DNA from: an uncultured Verrucomicrobiota bacterium | Lineage (GTDB): Bacteria; Auribacterota; JABMQX01 | NCBI GenBank assembly: GCA_964482435.1 | Contig: CAYZXL010000003.1 | Span: forward strand, 69,472-133,471 | DNA: 64,000 nucleotides | Direction of reading: 5' to 3' | Position numbers and translations under genes: made by a program | The notes under the pieces: model-generated | What the model was told of the DNA's origin: nothing | Seen by the model: only the letters and a program-made list of their open reading frames with translations | Database searches by the model: none | Shown: positions 9,770 through 19,876 of the stretch, one piece after another | Position numbering within the stretch: position 1 is the first letter of the stretch | Layout: each line of letters begins with the position of its first letter

Positions 9770-10153
9770 ATGGGGAAAGTGACAGAGACAATCAAGCTGA
9801 CGAGCCTTCTCGACAAAACAAAGTCGAAGGAGGTCCGGGCAGTCATTGACACGGGGGCGACGCTCCTCGTCCTGCCGAAGGACCTCGTCGTGGAATTAAA
9901 GTTGACGAAGGTTCGAGATGTCAGGGTGAGGTATGGGAACAACTCCGTCGAGAGGAAAGGGGTCTATGGCGCGGCAGTCGTCGAACTGAAAGGCCGGGTG
10001 GGGGTCTTCGAGGCCCTCGCGGAAGCCCCAACTTCTCAGCCGCTCGTCGGACATGTCGTCCTCGAATCCCTCGACCTGACCGTTGACCCTCGCTCCCGAA
10101 CCGTCGTGCCCAATCCGCTGTCCCCCGAAACAGCCTTGGTCGAAGTCCTGTAA
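9770..10153 (+). CDS. retropepsin-like (clan AA) aspartic protease
   Basis: 127 aa with active-site signature VIDTGATLLVLP (D-T-G-A). Size fits single-domain bacterial retropepsin-like proteases. Confidence 0.6.
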   Translation: MGKVTETIKLTSLLDKTKSKEVRAVIDTGATLLVLPKDLVVELKLTKVRDVRVRYGNNSVERKGVYGAAVVELKGRVGVFEALAEAPTSQPLVGHVVLESLDLTVDPRSRTVVPNPLSPETALVEVL

Positions 10154-10249
10154 GTCACGAGGCTCATGAGCGCACCGCGGACAAAAACTCAGTCCGTGCC
10201 ACTGAGCGCGACTCCCCACTGAACGGCCCCACACGGGACGAAGCAGATT

Positions 10250-10669
10250 TCACCTTTTTGGGATTTTGCCGGGGGCAAGAATCTTGCATTCGGGCATTTT
10301 GCGGAGTTGGGCTTCAGGGCCGGGTGGGGCGTAGATGGCGATGATTTTCATCTGCTCCCAGCCGGTGTTGACGGTTTCGTGGAAAACGTCGGGCGGGATG
10401 TGAATCGCGGTTCCGGGGCCGACTTTTCGCCTGTCGCTCCCGACGGCCTGAATTCCCTCGCCGGAGACGACGTACAGCACTTCCTCGACGCCGGGGTGAT
10501 TATGCTTGCGATGTCCCTTGCCGGGGTCGAGGATGACGACCCCGAAGCTGAACCGCCCGGCATTTGTGACCCGCGGCTCGCTGAACCATTTCAGGTTTCC
10601 CCAGTCGAAGACCTGCGTCTCGATATCCTCAGGATTCACAAATCTTTTTCCGGGATGTTTCTTTGCCAT
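10250..10669 (-). CDS. cupin-domain protein
   Basis: Cupin motifs G(x)5HxH(x)3,4E(x)6G (HRKHNHPGVEEVLYVVSGEG) and PxGxxH (IHIPPDVFHE). Start chosen at MAKKHPGK, preceded by an AGGAGG RBS. Confidence 0.7.
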   Translation of the reverse strand: MAKKHPGKRFVNPEDIETQVFDWGNLKWFSEPRVTNAGRFSFGVVILDPGKGHRKHNHPGVEEVLYVVSGEGIQAVGSDRRKVGPGTAIHIPPDVFHETVNTGWEQMKIIAIYAPPGPEAQLRKMPECKILAPGKIPKR

Positions 10670-10795
10670 TTTCTCCCTCCTGGTATCGTTTTGAACATTC
10701 ATCTATTTCTCGACGGAGTATCTCCTCCTTTTCCAGTTTCGCCGGGCGGGAAAAACAGGACGGTGAATGCCCGCGGCGGACACGTAACGCTTAGC

Positions 10796-11629
10796 CTATC
10801 GAACGAACGAAATCGCCTTGAAGTCTTTCACCTGCTTTGTGATTGCTATCTCGGTCGGGAGGCGCTCGATGCTCGATGCGCCAAAGAAGCCGACGACTCC
10901 CCTTGTGCGCTTGAGTATGTAAGCGGCGTCTTCCGGTTCCGAGATCGGCCCTCCGTGGCAAAGACAAACGATGTCGTGCTTGATTTCCTTCGCTGCGTCG
11001 CACATCTTCTGGACAAGCACCACCGAGTCGTCGAGCGTTTTGGCTGTTTTGGCGCCGATAGCACCCTTCGTGGTCAAGCCCATGTGAGGAACAAGAACGT
11101 CGGCTCCTGCGGCAGCCATCGCCCTCGCTTCTTCTTCCGTGAAAACGTAAGGGCAGGTGAGAAGCCCCATCTCGTTTGCTTTCCGAATCATCTCAACCTC
11201 GAGGCCGTATCCCATGCCGGTCTCCTCGAGGTTCTCCCGGAAAAGCCCGTCGAACAACCCGACCGTTGGGAAGTTCTGGGCGCCGGAGAACCCTGCCTCG
11301 GCGACCTGCTTGAGGAAGACGTCCATCAAACGAAACGGGTCCGTCCCGCAAACGCCAGCCAGCACGGGAGTGTCTTTGACGACGGGCAGAACCTCGTTCG
11401 CCATGTCCATCACTATAGCGTTGGCGTCGCCGTAAGGCAGCAAGCCCGCGAGCGAGCCTCGCCCAGCCATCCGATAGCGTCCGGAGTTGTAGATAATGAT
11501 GATGTCTGCTCCGCCGGCTTCCGCGCATTTGGCGGAGATGCCAGTGCCTGCCCCCGCACCGATGATTGGCTTGCCCGCATTTATCTGCGCCCTCAGACGC
11601 TTCAACGCCTCATCTTTTGGAATTCTCAT
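10796..11629 (-). CDS. phosphoenolpyruvate hydrolase-like TIM-barrel protein (Tm-1 C-terminal / UPF0261-partner family)
   Basis: 278 aa from [56 protein letters not shown]. The longer 448-aa ORF in the track is an upstream read-through. Confidence 0.6.
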   Translation of the reverse strand: MRIPKDEALKRLRAQINAGKPIIGAGAGTGISAKCAEAGGADIIIIYNSGRYRMAGRGSLAGLLPYGDANAIVMDMANEVLPVVKDTPVLAGVCGTDPFRLMDVFLKQVAEAGFSGAQNFPTVGLFDGLFRENLEETGMGYGLEVEMIRKANEMGLLTCPYVFTEEEARAMAAAGADVLVPHMGLTTKGAIGAKTAKTLDDSVVLVQKMCDAAKEIKHDIVCLCHGGPISEPEDAAYILKRTRGVVGFFGASSIERLPTEIAITKQVKDFKAISFVR

Positions 11630-11820
11630 AGGATGCTCCTTGCTCGGAAATTGTCGAGAACGTGTTTGACCTGCGAACCGGCTGCGACAACGGCCCCTCC
11701 GGAGTCGCCGAACTCTTTCGGTGTTCTGACAGGCACCGGAGGGCGGCCGTGAACTTCGTACGTCAGGCAACCAGTCGCAGACCCTACGCTGTTGCGGCCT
11801 CCAGAACTCGTCGAGGGCAT

Positions 11821-12174
11821 TCAGAATCTTTGTCTGAAAGCCAGCGAAAGTAGCGAGAGGCCCACCGTCGGGAATAACCAGCCCATCACAAACAACGTTA
11901 AGTACCCGACCGCGTCGTAAGGGTACAGGAGCTGCTGGCCCAACCAGTCTTCGATGAGCGCCGGAGCAAGGCAGCGTAAGACGATAACCGCGGCCCCGCA
12001 CAGGAGACAGAAAACCGACCAGAGCGCGGCGAGGTCCCTTAAAAACCGCGCTGTGCATCCGACCGGAAAGCCTTTCGCTGAGTAGCCGCAGTAGCGGCAA
12101 ATCTTCGCCGCGGATTTGATTTCTTCCGCGCAAAACGGACAAATCTTCGTCGTGGGCAATTGTTGTTCAGCCAT
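11821..12174 (-). CDS. zinc-ribbon membrane protein, hypothetical
   Basis: N-terminal CPFC...CRYC zinc-ribbon followed by two hydrophobic helices. Occupies a different frame from the read-through ORF above. Confidence 0.4.
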   Translation of the reverse strand: MAEQQLPTTKICPFCAEEIKSAAKICRYCGYSAKGFPVGCTARFLRDLAALWSVFCLLCGAAVIVLRCLAPALIEDWLGQQLLYPYDAVGYLTLFVMGWLFPTVGLSLLSLAFRQRF

Positions 12175-12338
12175 GTTCCCGTTCCTCCTGTTTTGATTGT
12201 GAGCGTTCCAAGGGCGAATTTTCCGCCGAAAGCGGCTTTTGGGCTAACCTGGACTCGACCAGAGGCGATGGCTTCGTCCCTCCGTTTGTAAGCTCTTTGT
12301 TCCCTTTCCTCGTAAACTCGGTCTGAGGCATGCGGACG

Positions 12339-14930
12339 TCAACCGAGCTTGTCCTTAAGCTCCTTCAACTTCATCAGGGCTTCGATGGGGGAGAGGGAGT
12401 CAATATCTATCTGTTTCAATTCCTCGACGACAGGATTCGGTCTTTCGGCGAAAAGGAAGAGCTGCTGCGGTGCGGGCATTTTTCGCTTTCTTGCGCGAGC
12501 GGCGAACTCCGGTTCCTTGACGCTGTTTTCTTCGAGAGTCTGGAGAATTTCCGTCGCCCTTTCGACGACCTCTCGGGGAATTCCCGCTAAACCCGCGACG
12601 TGAATTCCATAACTCCTGTCAGTCCCGCCCCGCACGATTTTCCGAACGAAGATAATTTCGTTGTTCCATTCGCGGACGGCGACGTTGTAGTTCTTGATTC
12701 CGGCGAAGAGCCCTTCCAGGCGTGTCAGCTCGTGGTAGTGCGTGGCGAACATCGTTTTGGCTTTCTTGTCCGTCCGCGTGGCCAGATATTCCGCCACGGC
12801 CCAGGCGATGCTGATCCCGTCGTAGGTGCTTGTTCCCCTGCCAATCTCGTCGAGGATGATGAGGCTTCTTGGAGTGGCGTTGTTGAGGATGTTTGCCGTC
12901 TCGTTCATCTCGACGAGAAAGGTGCTCTGCCCGCGAGTCAGCTCGTCGGAGGCGCCTACTCGGGTAAAAATGCGGTCCACAACGCCAATGCTGGCCTTCT
13001 TCGCCGGAATGAAGCTGCCGACTTGCGCCATCAAAACCAGAAGCGCCGTCTGGCGAATGTAGGTTGACTTCCCCGCCATGTTTGGTCCCGTGATGATGAG
13101 GAGTTGGTTCTCGTCGCAGTCAATCTCGACGCTGTTGGGGACGAATCGCTCGCCGACCATCGCGGTCTCCACAACGGGATGACGCCCGTCCTCGATCAGA
13201 ATTGTGGCGCTATCATTGACCATCGGCTTCACATAGTTCCTCTCGAGAGCCGATGTGGCAAATGAGCACAAGACATCGAGCACCGCGACGCCTTCGGATA
13301 TGGACTGCACCTCGCGCGTCGCCTTGCTGACTTCCTTTCTCAAATCCTCAAAAAGCTGGGCTTCCAGCGCGACAATTTCCTCTTCGGCGCCAAGCACCTT
13401 CGATTCGTACTCCTTCAACTCGGGCGTGATATACCTCTCGGAATTGACGAGCGTTTGCTTGCGAGCGTATTCCGGCGGAACGGAATTCTTATAGACGTTC
13501 GTTATCTCGATGTAGTAGCCAAAGACCTCGTTGTACCCGACCTTCAGGGACTTGATCCCCGTCCGCTCCCGCTCCTTTTCCTGAAAACGCGCGATCCAGC
13601 TCTTTCCGTCGCTGGAAGTCCCCCGAAGCTCGTCGAGGCGCTGGTTGTACCCCGGCTTGAAAACTCCTCCGTCACGGACGTGGGCGGGCGGCTCATTGAC
13701 CACTGCTCGCTCGATAAGCCCCACAAGCGAGTCCACAGACACCAGTTTCTCGCGGCATTCCGTGAGGACCCCCGACTCAAATCCGGATAATTCCTCTCTT
13801 ATGCTGGGCGGGACTTTGAGCGACTCTTTCAGTGCGACCACGTCTCGCGGCGCCGCGTAGCTTGAATCAATCCGGCTCATGAGCCGGGGCAAATCGCGTA
13901 TCCCTCTGAGAAGGGAGCGCAAATTGGAACACCGCGTCTGGCGCTGGACAAGCTCCTCGACCCCGTCGAGCCTCTTTCTGATTTCGAGGGAGTCGAGGAG
14001 TGGCTGGGTTACCCACTGCACGAGAAGCCGCCCGCCCATCGGCGTCAGGGTCTGATCCATCACCCCGAGCAAAGTCTCGCCCTGCGTGCCTCTTCGCGAA
14101 GGCTCGAGAATCTCGAGGTTGCGAAGCGAAGTTGGGTCGAGAAGCATGAAGTCTGTCGTATGGTAAGGAGTGATTCTGCTGACCTGGTGGAGAGGCTGGT
14201 TCAGAACGTCCCTGACGTAGCTGACGAGCGCTCCAGCGGCGGTTATCCCCGCGGGCATATTCTCGCAGCCAAATCCGTCGAGGGAGAGAGTTTTGAAGTG
14301 GTCGGTGAGAACCGAATAGCACGAATTGTGGTCAAACATCCAGTCCTCGCAGCGATTGAACAGCGTCGGGACAAGCCCCTCCACCGCGTGGGCAATCTCG
14401 GAACGCTCGTCGAGAGATTCCGCAATCAAGCACTCCGACGGAGCCGTCCTCTGAAGCTCGTCGAGAAGTTCACCTTTTAGCTTGAGTTCCGTGACCCTGA
14501 ATTCCCCCGTCGAGACTTCCATGAGAGCGTAACCGTAAATGCCCCCAACACGACAAAGACAGGCAATGTAGTTGCTCTTCTTGACGCCCACATCGGCGGC
14601 AGTGATGGAAGTGCCCGGCGTCACGATGCGAGTGACCTGCCGCCTGACTATGCCTTTAGCGAGCTTCGGGTCCTCAACCTGGTCGCAGATGGCGACCTTT
14701 TTCCCCGCCGCAATCAGCTTGCTGAGGTAAGACTCCGCAGCATGGTACGGAACGCCGCACATCGGGGCACCTTGCCGGGAAGTCAGAGCAATATCGAGAA
14801 TTTTGGAGGCTTCCTTCGCGTCGTCGAAAAACATCTCGTAGAAGTCGCCCAGCCGGAAGAAGAGAATGCAGTCCTGGCAGTCCTTCTTAATGGCTTTATA
14901 CTGGTTCATCAACGGGGTGAGCTTGCTCAT
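12339..14930 (-). CDS. mutS: DNA mismatch repair protein MutS
   Basis: Mismatch-binding N-terminus (start MSKLTPLMNQYKAIK, GDFYEMFFDDA). Walker A GPNMAGKSTYIRQ. Signature STFLVEMNETANIL and DEIGRGTSTYDGISIA. Confidence 0.9.
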   Translation of the reverse strand: MSKLTPLMNQYKAIKKDCQDCILFFRLGDFYEMFFDDAKEASKILDIALTSRQGAPMCGVPYHAAESYLSKLIAAGKKVAICDQVEDPKLAKGIVRRQVTRIVTPGTSITAADVGVKKSNYIACLCRVGGIYGYALMEVSTGEFRVTELKLKGELLDELQRTAPSECLIAESLDERSEIAHAVEGLVPTLFNRCEDWMFDHNSCYSVLTDHFKTLSLDGFGCENMPAGITAAGALVSYVRDVLNQPLHQVSRITPYHTTDFMLLDPTSLRNLEILEPSRRGTQGETLLGVMDQTLTPMGGRLLVQWVTQPLLDSLEIRKRLDGVEELVQRQTRCSNLRSLLRGIRDLPRLMSRIDSSYAAPRDVVALKESLKVPPSIREELSGFESGVLTECREKLVSVDSLVGLIERAVVNEPPAHVRDGGVFKPGYNQRLDELRGTSSDGKSWIARFQEKERERTGIKSLKVGYNEVFGYYIEITNVYKNSVPPEYARKQTLVNSERYITPELKEYESKVLGAEEEIVALEAQLFEDLRKEVSKATREVQSISEGVAVLDVLCSFATSALERNYVKPMVNDSATILIEDGRHPVVETAMVGERFVPNSVEIDCDENQLLIITGPNMAGKSTYIRQTALLVLMAQVGSFIPAKKASIGVVDRIFTRVGASDELTRGQSTFLVEMNETANILNNATPRSLIILDEIGRGTSTYDGISIAWAVAEYLATRTDKKAKTMFATHYHELTRLEGLFAGIKNYNVAVREWNNEIIFVRKIVRGGTDRSYGIHVAGLAGIPREVVERATEILQTLEENSVKEPEFAARARKRKMPAPQQLFLFAERPNPVVEELKQIDIDSLSPIEALMKLKELKDKLG

Positions 14931-15066
14931 GTTGAACCGGGCGTTTTCACTTCCCCAGGGGCAGAAACGTTTCGCTCTCCTTCTCGACACAAGGTTCTTC
15001 CGCGCATGCTATGGTTATCCACCGGTCATGCCGATTGCAGGCCAGAAGACCCCCACTTGAAAAACT

Positions 15067-15420
15067 CTATTCCAGAAATTGCCAGTCGTACCTGCGCAGG
15101 GCGAGCGATTTGCCCGTAACGCTCTTCAACGATTCTTTTTTCAGAAACGCCTCAAACGCCTCCATGAGATATTTCGTCGTCCAGGGCTCGACCCTCACGT
15201 ATATGACGCCCTGCTTCGACAAGGGCCGAAACTTCGCTTGATTCTTCATCCGACGGTCTGATGTGATGAAAATGTCCCCCCCCACTTTCAGATACTCCAA
15301 CACCATCTGGTCCGATCGGTTAGGCAAGTTTATCCCCGCCACGGACGAAACGCTAATACCTTTCTGCTCGAGAAGTTTCTTGACGCCAAGCGGGATGCAC
15401 TCGTCGAGAATGACTTTCAT
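15067..15420 (-). CDS. DUF5615-family protein (PIN-like, putative toxin of DUF433/DUF5615 pair)
   Basis: 117 aa, MKVILDECIPLGVKKLLEQKG, matching the DUF5615 N-terminal pattern. Sits immediately downstream of a DUF433 gene. Confidence 0.55.
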   Translation of the reverse strand: MKVILDECIPLGVKKLLEQKGISVSSVAGINLPNRSDQMVLEYLKVGGDIFITSDRRMKNQAKFRPLSKQGVIYVRVEPWTTKYLMEAFEAFLKKESLKSVTGKSLALRRYDWQFLE

Positions 15421-15432
15421 CGTTGCGTCACC

Positions 15433-15696
15433 TCAAAGAGAAGATGCGAGAGCCGCGAAATGAATCGCTGCCTTGATTTTGTCTCTGGACAGGTTCGGGT
15501 ACTGCTGGAGTATTGACTCGAGATTGAGTCCCTCCTGAAGCATCTCTAAAACGAGGTACACGGGGATGCGAGTCCCCTTGATGCACGGCAGACCGTCCAT
15601 CACCTCCGGACTGATTTCTATCATCGCAAGCAACTTGTCCTGCTGCGCAAGAGTGTCAACCTGTTCCTTCTGCTTCAGATAGTCCGAAATCTTCAT
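15433..15696 (-). CDS. DUF433-family protein (putative antitoxin partner)
   Basis: Core PEVMDGLPCIKGTRIPVYLVLEML matches DUF433. A GGAAGG RBS lies upstream of the ATG at 15696. An alternative start at 15624 (MIEISPEV) is possible. Confidence 0.55.
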   Translation of the reverse strand: MKISDYLKQKEQVDTLAQQDKLLAMIEISPEVMDGLPCIKGTRIPVYLVLEMLQEGLNLESILQQYPNLSRDKIKAAIHFAALASSL

Positions 15697-17113
15697 CTTC
15701 GTTCCTTCCGTAAAATGACCGGATGATGTCTCTCTGGGAGGCACCGTCGGAACAGTGCTCCTCCCGGCGGCGCAGCGCATCTGAGGCCTGACCTGCCTGC
15801 CTGATCTCGCAGAACAGCGTGAGGGCCGTCGCGTCCGTTACGGTCAGGTTCAGGATTCTCCCGACGAGGTCGGGCGCGCCGTCGAAGACGGCAATCTTGT
15901 TCTGTCGGGTGCGTCCCATCATTTTTCGCGGGTTTCGCTTGCTGGGACCCTCGACGAGAACCTCCGCCTGCTCACCAATCAGACTCCTGTTCCTCATCAG
16001 AGAGATCCCTTCCTGGAGTTGGAGAAGAATTCTGTTCCGCTCCTTCTTTTTTGCCAGCGGAACGTCGTCGGGCAGCCGAGCTGCCTCGGTGCCTTCTCTG
16101 GTCGAATACTTGAAAACGAATGCGCTATCATACTCAATCGCCCGCATCGCTTCCACAGTTTGCGCGAAGTCGCCTTCCGTCTCCCCGGGGAATCCGACGA
16201 TGATGTCGGTGCCGAGAGCGATGTCGGGGACCACCCTCCGCAGGGCATCCACTGTCCGGAGATACTCGTCGAGCGTGTAACCGCGGTTCATCAGCTTGAG
16301 AATTTTGTCCGAGCCAGATTGAAGAGGAAAGTGAAGATGCTCGCAGACCTTCTCGAGCCTTGCCATGGCTTCTATAAGATGGGGGCTGATGTCTTTCGGG
16401 TGCGAGGTGACGAACCGAATCCGCTCCATCCCTTCGACCCGGTTGATTCGCTCGAGCAATCCAACAAGGTCGCATTCAACCCCCAGCCCCTTTCCGTAGG
16501 AATTCACATTTTGACCGAGAAGCGTTACTTCCTTGTACCCGCGGCGGGCGAGATCCTCGACCTCCGCCACTATCTCGTCGGGCGAGCGGCTCCGTTCTCT
16601 ACCCCGAACGTAGGGAACAACGCAATAGGAGCAGTAATTGTCGCACCCACGCATGATGGACACGAAAGCCTTCACCGGGCTTTTTCGTCTCGCCGTCCTG
16701 AAATCGAGCTTCCCGACGAAATCATCTTCAACCCGCAGCTGCGTCGTCCCGTTTCTTCGAGCTGTCTCTATCATTTCGGCAAGTTGCCCGATCTGGTGCG
16801 TCCCGCAGACGATGTCGAGGAATGGCATCTCGTCGAGGAGCCGTTGCTTGCTTTTCTGCGCGATGCACCCGCAGATACCCAGCAAAAGCCCCGGCTTCTT
16901 CTCCTTCATCTGCCCCAGCAGCCCCATTTTCCCGAGCGCCTTCCTTTCAGCCATCTCCCTGACGCAGCAGGTGTTCAGCAGAACGACGTCCGCGTCCTCC
17001 TCGCTTTTGGCTTCACTGAAGCCCTGCGCGAGAAGCAAACCAAGCATAAGCTCGGAGTCGAGCTCGTTCATCTGGCATCCGTAAGTTTTGATGAAGACCC
17101 TGGGATGCTGCAT
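15656..17113 (-). CDS. miaB: tRNA-2-methylthio-N6-dimethylallyladenosine synthase MiaB
   Basis: UPF0004 N-terminus (VFIKTYGCQMNELDSE). Radical-SAM CxxxCxxC (MRGCDNYCSYCVVPY). C-terminal TRAM domain. Confidence 0.85.
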   Translation of the reverse strand: MQHPRVFIKTYGCQMNELDSELMLGLLLAQGFSEAKSEEDADVVLLNTCCVREMAERKALGKMGLLGQMKEKKPGLLLGICGCIAQKSKQRLLDEMPFLDIVCGTHQIGQLAEMIETARRNGTTQLRVEDDFVGKLDFRTARRKSPVKAFVSIMRGCDNYCSYCVVPYVRGRERSRSPDEIVAEVEDLARRGYKEVTLLGQNVNSYGKGLGVECDLVGLLERINRVEGMERIRFVTSHPKDISPHLIEAMARLEKVCEHLHFPLQSGSDKILKLMNRGYTLDEYLRTVDALRRVVPDIALGTDIIVGFPGETEGDFAQTVEAMRAIEYDSAFVFKYSTREGTEAARLPDDVPLAKKKERNRILLQLQEGISLMRNRSLIGEQAEVLVEGPSKRNPRKMMGRTRQNKIAVFDGAPDLVGRILNLTVTDATALTLFCEIRQAGQASDALRRREEHCSDGASQRDIIRSFYGRNEDEDFGLSEAEGTG

Positions 17114-17377
17114 AATGCCCGTTTCCTTACGCTGCCGTCGAGGTCGAGCGGAATTGCTCCTCTCGTGGCGGACAGGCGTTCCCAAACAGGATACCACACG
17201 TTTCGTCCTTCGGGAAACGGTGATTTTCCCCAGGCGGGACTCCATGGGGGTCCGGCGGAAGTCACCCCAGAGAACGCAGCGGATTACGGGGGCGTTCAGG
17301 GGCTCGCTATGCGCCGTCTGTGCTCCCTGCGGTGAGTCCCCGCAGACGGCGGGCCATACGTTTCGCGCGAGAATTTC

Positions 17378-17431
17378 TTGACAGAACCGCCCCGATGATG
17401 ATTGATTAAAAAAGAACTGGTTTGGTATAGT
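17378..17431 (+). promoter_or_regulatory. candidate sigma70 promoter(s) upstream of topA
   Basis: Perfect TTGACA at 17378-17383 with a weak -10. Alternatively TTGATT(17402-17407)-N18-TATAGT(17426-17431). Confidence 0.2.
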
Positions 17432-17542
17432 CCGCTAAATCGGTGGGGAGAACTGGGGACGACGCAAGTTGTTTCACCAGCCCGAACGGGCAGTGACGTT
17501 GATGGATACCCGTGGCTTCAATCTCATCATGGAGTGTTGATT

Positions 17543-19870
17543 GTGGGAAAATCGTTAGTCATAGTTGAGTCGCCGGCGAAGGCCAGAACGCTAAGCAAGT
17601 TCCTCGGGAAGGATTATGTCATCAGGTCGTCGGTCGGCCATGTTAAGGACCTGCCCAAGAGCCAACTCGGCGTGGATTTGGAGAATGACTTCGAGCCGAA
17701 GTACGTCGTCATTCGAGGAAAAAAGAAAGTCCTCGACCAGATCAAAAGCGCCGCCGAGAAGGTCGAACGCGTCTTTCTTGCCCCGGACCCCGACCGGGAA
17801 GGCGAAGCAATTGCCTGGCACATCGCCTCGGAGCTCAGCGACGCCAAAGAGAAACGCAGGGTTACTTTTCACGAGATAACTAAGAAGGCCGTTCAGGAAG
17901 CCTTCCAGAATCCCGGGCAGATTAACATGAACAGGGTCAATGCCCAGCAGGCGAGGAGAGTCCTGGACAGGCTGGTTGGTTACCAGATAAGTCCCCTCCT
18001 CTGGAGGAACGTTAAAACGGGCTTGAGCGCGGGAAGAGTTCAGTCCGTCGCCCTGCGAATCATCTGCGACAGGGAAAAGGAAATCAGGGGATTCAAGCCG
18101 GAGGAATACTGGACCATAGCCGCAAAACTTCGGGGAGACGAGCCGCCGGATTTCGATGCGCGACTCGTCAAGGTGCAGGGCGAGAAGCCCTCCCTGAAAA
18201 ACGAGGGAGACGCCAGGACCGTCGTTGACGCAGTCCGCGGACTGCCATTTCGCGTCAAAAGGGTCGAGCAGAAAGAGAAAAAACGCAACCCCTTCGCCCC
18301 GTTCATCACCAGTACCCTTCAGCAGGATGCGTCGGTCCGATGCCACCTCTCTCCCAGCCGGACGATGCAGATAGCGCAGAGGCTTTACGAGGGAATTGAA
18401 GTTGGAGAGAGAGGAACGGTCGGGCTTATCACCTACATGCGAACCGATTCCCCGCGAGTGGCTCAGCAGGCAATCTATGCAGCAAGAGATTTCATCGCCG
18501 AGCACTTCGGGAAGAATTACGTTCCTCATTCCCCGAGGTATTACGCCTCCAGCAAGATGGCTCAGGAGGCGCACGAGGCCATCCGTCCGACGATGGTTGA
18601 TTTGACGCCCGAGGAGGCGAAGCCCTTCCTCACGGGGGAGCAATGGAAGCTTTACGAGCTGATATGGAACCGATTCGTCGCCTCGCAGATGGCTTCGGCT
18701 CTTTACGACACCGTCGAGGCGGAGATTGAGGCGAACGGCTACTCGTTCAAGGCGACCGGGTCGGTCATGAAGTTCGACGGCTTTCTGCGCATCTATAAGG
18801 TCTCGGCTCCGCCGTCGAAGGAGGAAGGGAACGAGGAGGCAAAAGAGGGGGATGTAATTCTCCCGCCCCTCGAGGAGGACCAGGCTCTGACGCTGTTAGG
18901 GGTTGTGCCGGACCAGCATTTCACGAAGCCTCCTCCGCGCTTTACGGAAGCTTCCCTGGTCAGGGAACTCGAAAAGCTTGGGATCGGGCGACCGAGCACT
19001 TATGCGACAATCGTGACGAAAATTCAGGACAGAAACTACACCTCGAAGGTGAAGGGGAGGCTCATTCCGACGGAGCTCGGCTTTGTAGTCACGGATATCC
19101 TCGTGGAGAACTTCCCCGACATCCTCAACGTGACTTTTACCGCCAACATGGAAACCGACCTCGACAAGATTGAGGAAGGGGATGCCGACTGGGTGGAAAC
19201 GCTCCGCCACTTTTATAGCTCCTTCAGTCGCGACCTGAACAAGGCAACCACGGGGATGCGGGTTCGGCCCGTCGAGACCGATGTTCTCTGCGAGAAATGC
19301 GGTGCGAAGATGGTAAAGAAGTGGTGGAAGAGTGGCTTCTTTCTGGCATGCTCGGCTTATCCGGAGTGTCGCAACATGAAGAGGATAATCGAAGAGGCCC
19401 CCGGAAAGCTCGTCCTCGAAGGGCAGGAGACCGAAGAAACCTGCGAGAAGTGCGGCGGCAAGATGACCCTCAGAAAAGGCCGGTATGGCACGTTCCTTTC
19501 CTGTTCGAATTATCCGGAATGCAGGAACGTACGGTCGTTGTCGGGTAAATCAAGAGCCAAAGCGCCGACGGAGGAGCCGGAGGAGACCGACGAGAAATGC
19601 GAAGTCTGCGGGAAGCCACTGGTCTATCGGACGAGCCGCTGGGGAAGGTTTCTGGCATGCTCCGGATATCCGAAGTGTAAGTACATCAAGAAAAAGAAGG
19701 GAAGCGTCGTGAAGTGTCCGCAAGAAGGGTGCGGCGGCATACTCGTCAGGAGAAGAACGAAAAAGAGAAAGACCTTCTACGGATGCTCCAACTATCCGAA
19801 ATGCAAGTTCGCCGTCTGGAAGCTCAGCGACCTGGATGACAAGGAGCAGAACGCTGACTCGTCGGAGTAG
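17543..19870 (+). CDS. topA: DNA topoisomerase I with C-terminal zinc-ribbon repeats
   Basis: TOPRIM start SLVIVESPAKARTLSKFLG. Catalytic region. Four C-terminal C4 zinc ribbons (CEKCGAKM...C, CEKCGGKM...C etc.). The ORF is open from 17402; a GTG at 17543 with GGAG upstream is chosen as start. Confidence 0.85.
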   Translation: MGKSLVIVESPAKARTLSKFLGKDYVIRSSVGHVKDLPKSQLGVDLENDFEPKYVVIRGKKKVLDQIKSAAEKVERVFLAPDPDREGEAIAWHIASELSDAKEKRRVTFHEITKKAVQEAFQNPGQINMNRVNAQQARRVLDRLVGYQISPLLWRNVKTGLSAGRVQSVALRIICDREKEIRGFKPEEYWTIAAKLRGDEPPDFDARLVKVQGEKPSLKNEGDARTVVDAVRGLPFRVKRVEQKEKKRNPFAPFITSTLQQDASVRCHLSPSRTMQIAQRLYEGIEVGERGTVGLITYMRTDSPRVAQQAIYAARDFIAEHFGKNYVPHSPRYYASSKMAQEAHEAIRPTMVDLTPEEAKPFLTGEQWKLYELIWNRFVASQMASALYDTVEAEIEANGYSFKATGSVMKFDGFLRIYKVSAPPSKEEGNEEAKEGDVILPPLEEDQALTLLGVVPDQHFTKPPPRFTEASLVRELEKLGIGRPSTYATIVTKIQDRNYTSKVKGRLIPTELGFVVTDILVENFPDILNVTFTANMETDLDKIEEGDADWVETLRHFYSSFSRDLNKATTGMRVRPVETDVLCEKCGAKMVKKWWKSGFFLACSAYPECRNMKRIIEEAPGKLVLEGQETEETCEKCGGKMTLRKGRYGTFLSCSNYPECRNVRSLSGKSRAKAPTEEPEETDEKCEVCGKPLVYRTSRWGRFLACSGYPKCKYIKKKKGSVVKCPQEGCGGILVRRRTKKRKTFYGCSNYPKCKFAVWKLSDLDDKEQNADSSE

Positions 19871-19876
19871 GAGGCC

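Noticed and set aside
10307-11752. 481-aa plus-strand ORF
   Set aside because: Antisense to the cupin and TIM-barrel genes. High-GC read-through artefact with no domain content.
10796-12142. 448-aa ORF fusing the TIM-barrel gene to 170 extra N-terminal codons
   Set aside because: The N-terminal 170 aa are Arg-rich low complexity and overlap the better-supported zinc-ribbon gene 11821-12174 in another frame. A real start (MRIPKDE) lies at 11629.
16019-17335. 438-aa plus-strand ORF
   Set aside because: Antisense to miaB, which has strong motif support. Arg/Pro-rich composition typical of a spurious high-GC ORF.
17591-18643. 350-aa minus-strand ORF
   Set aside because: Antisense to topA.
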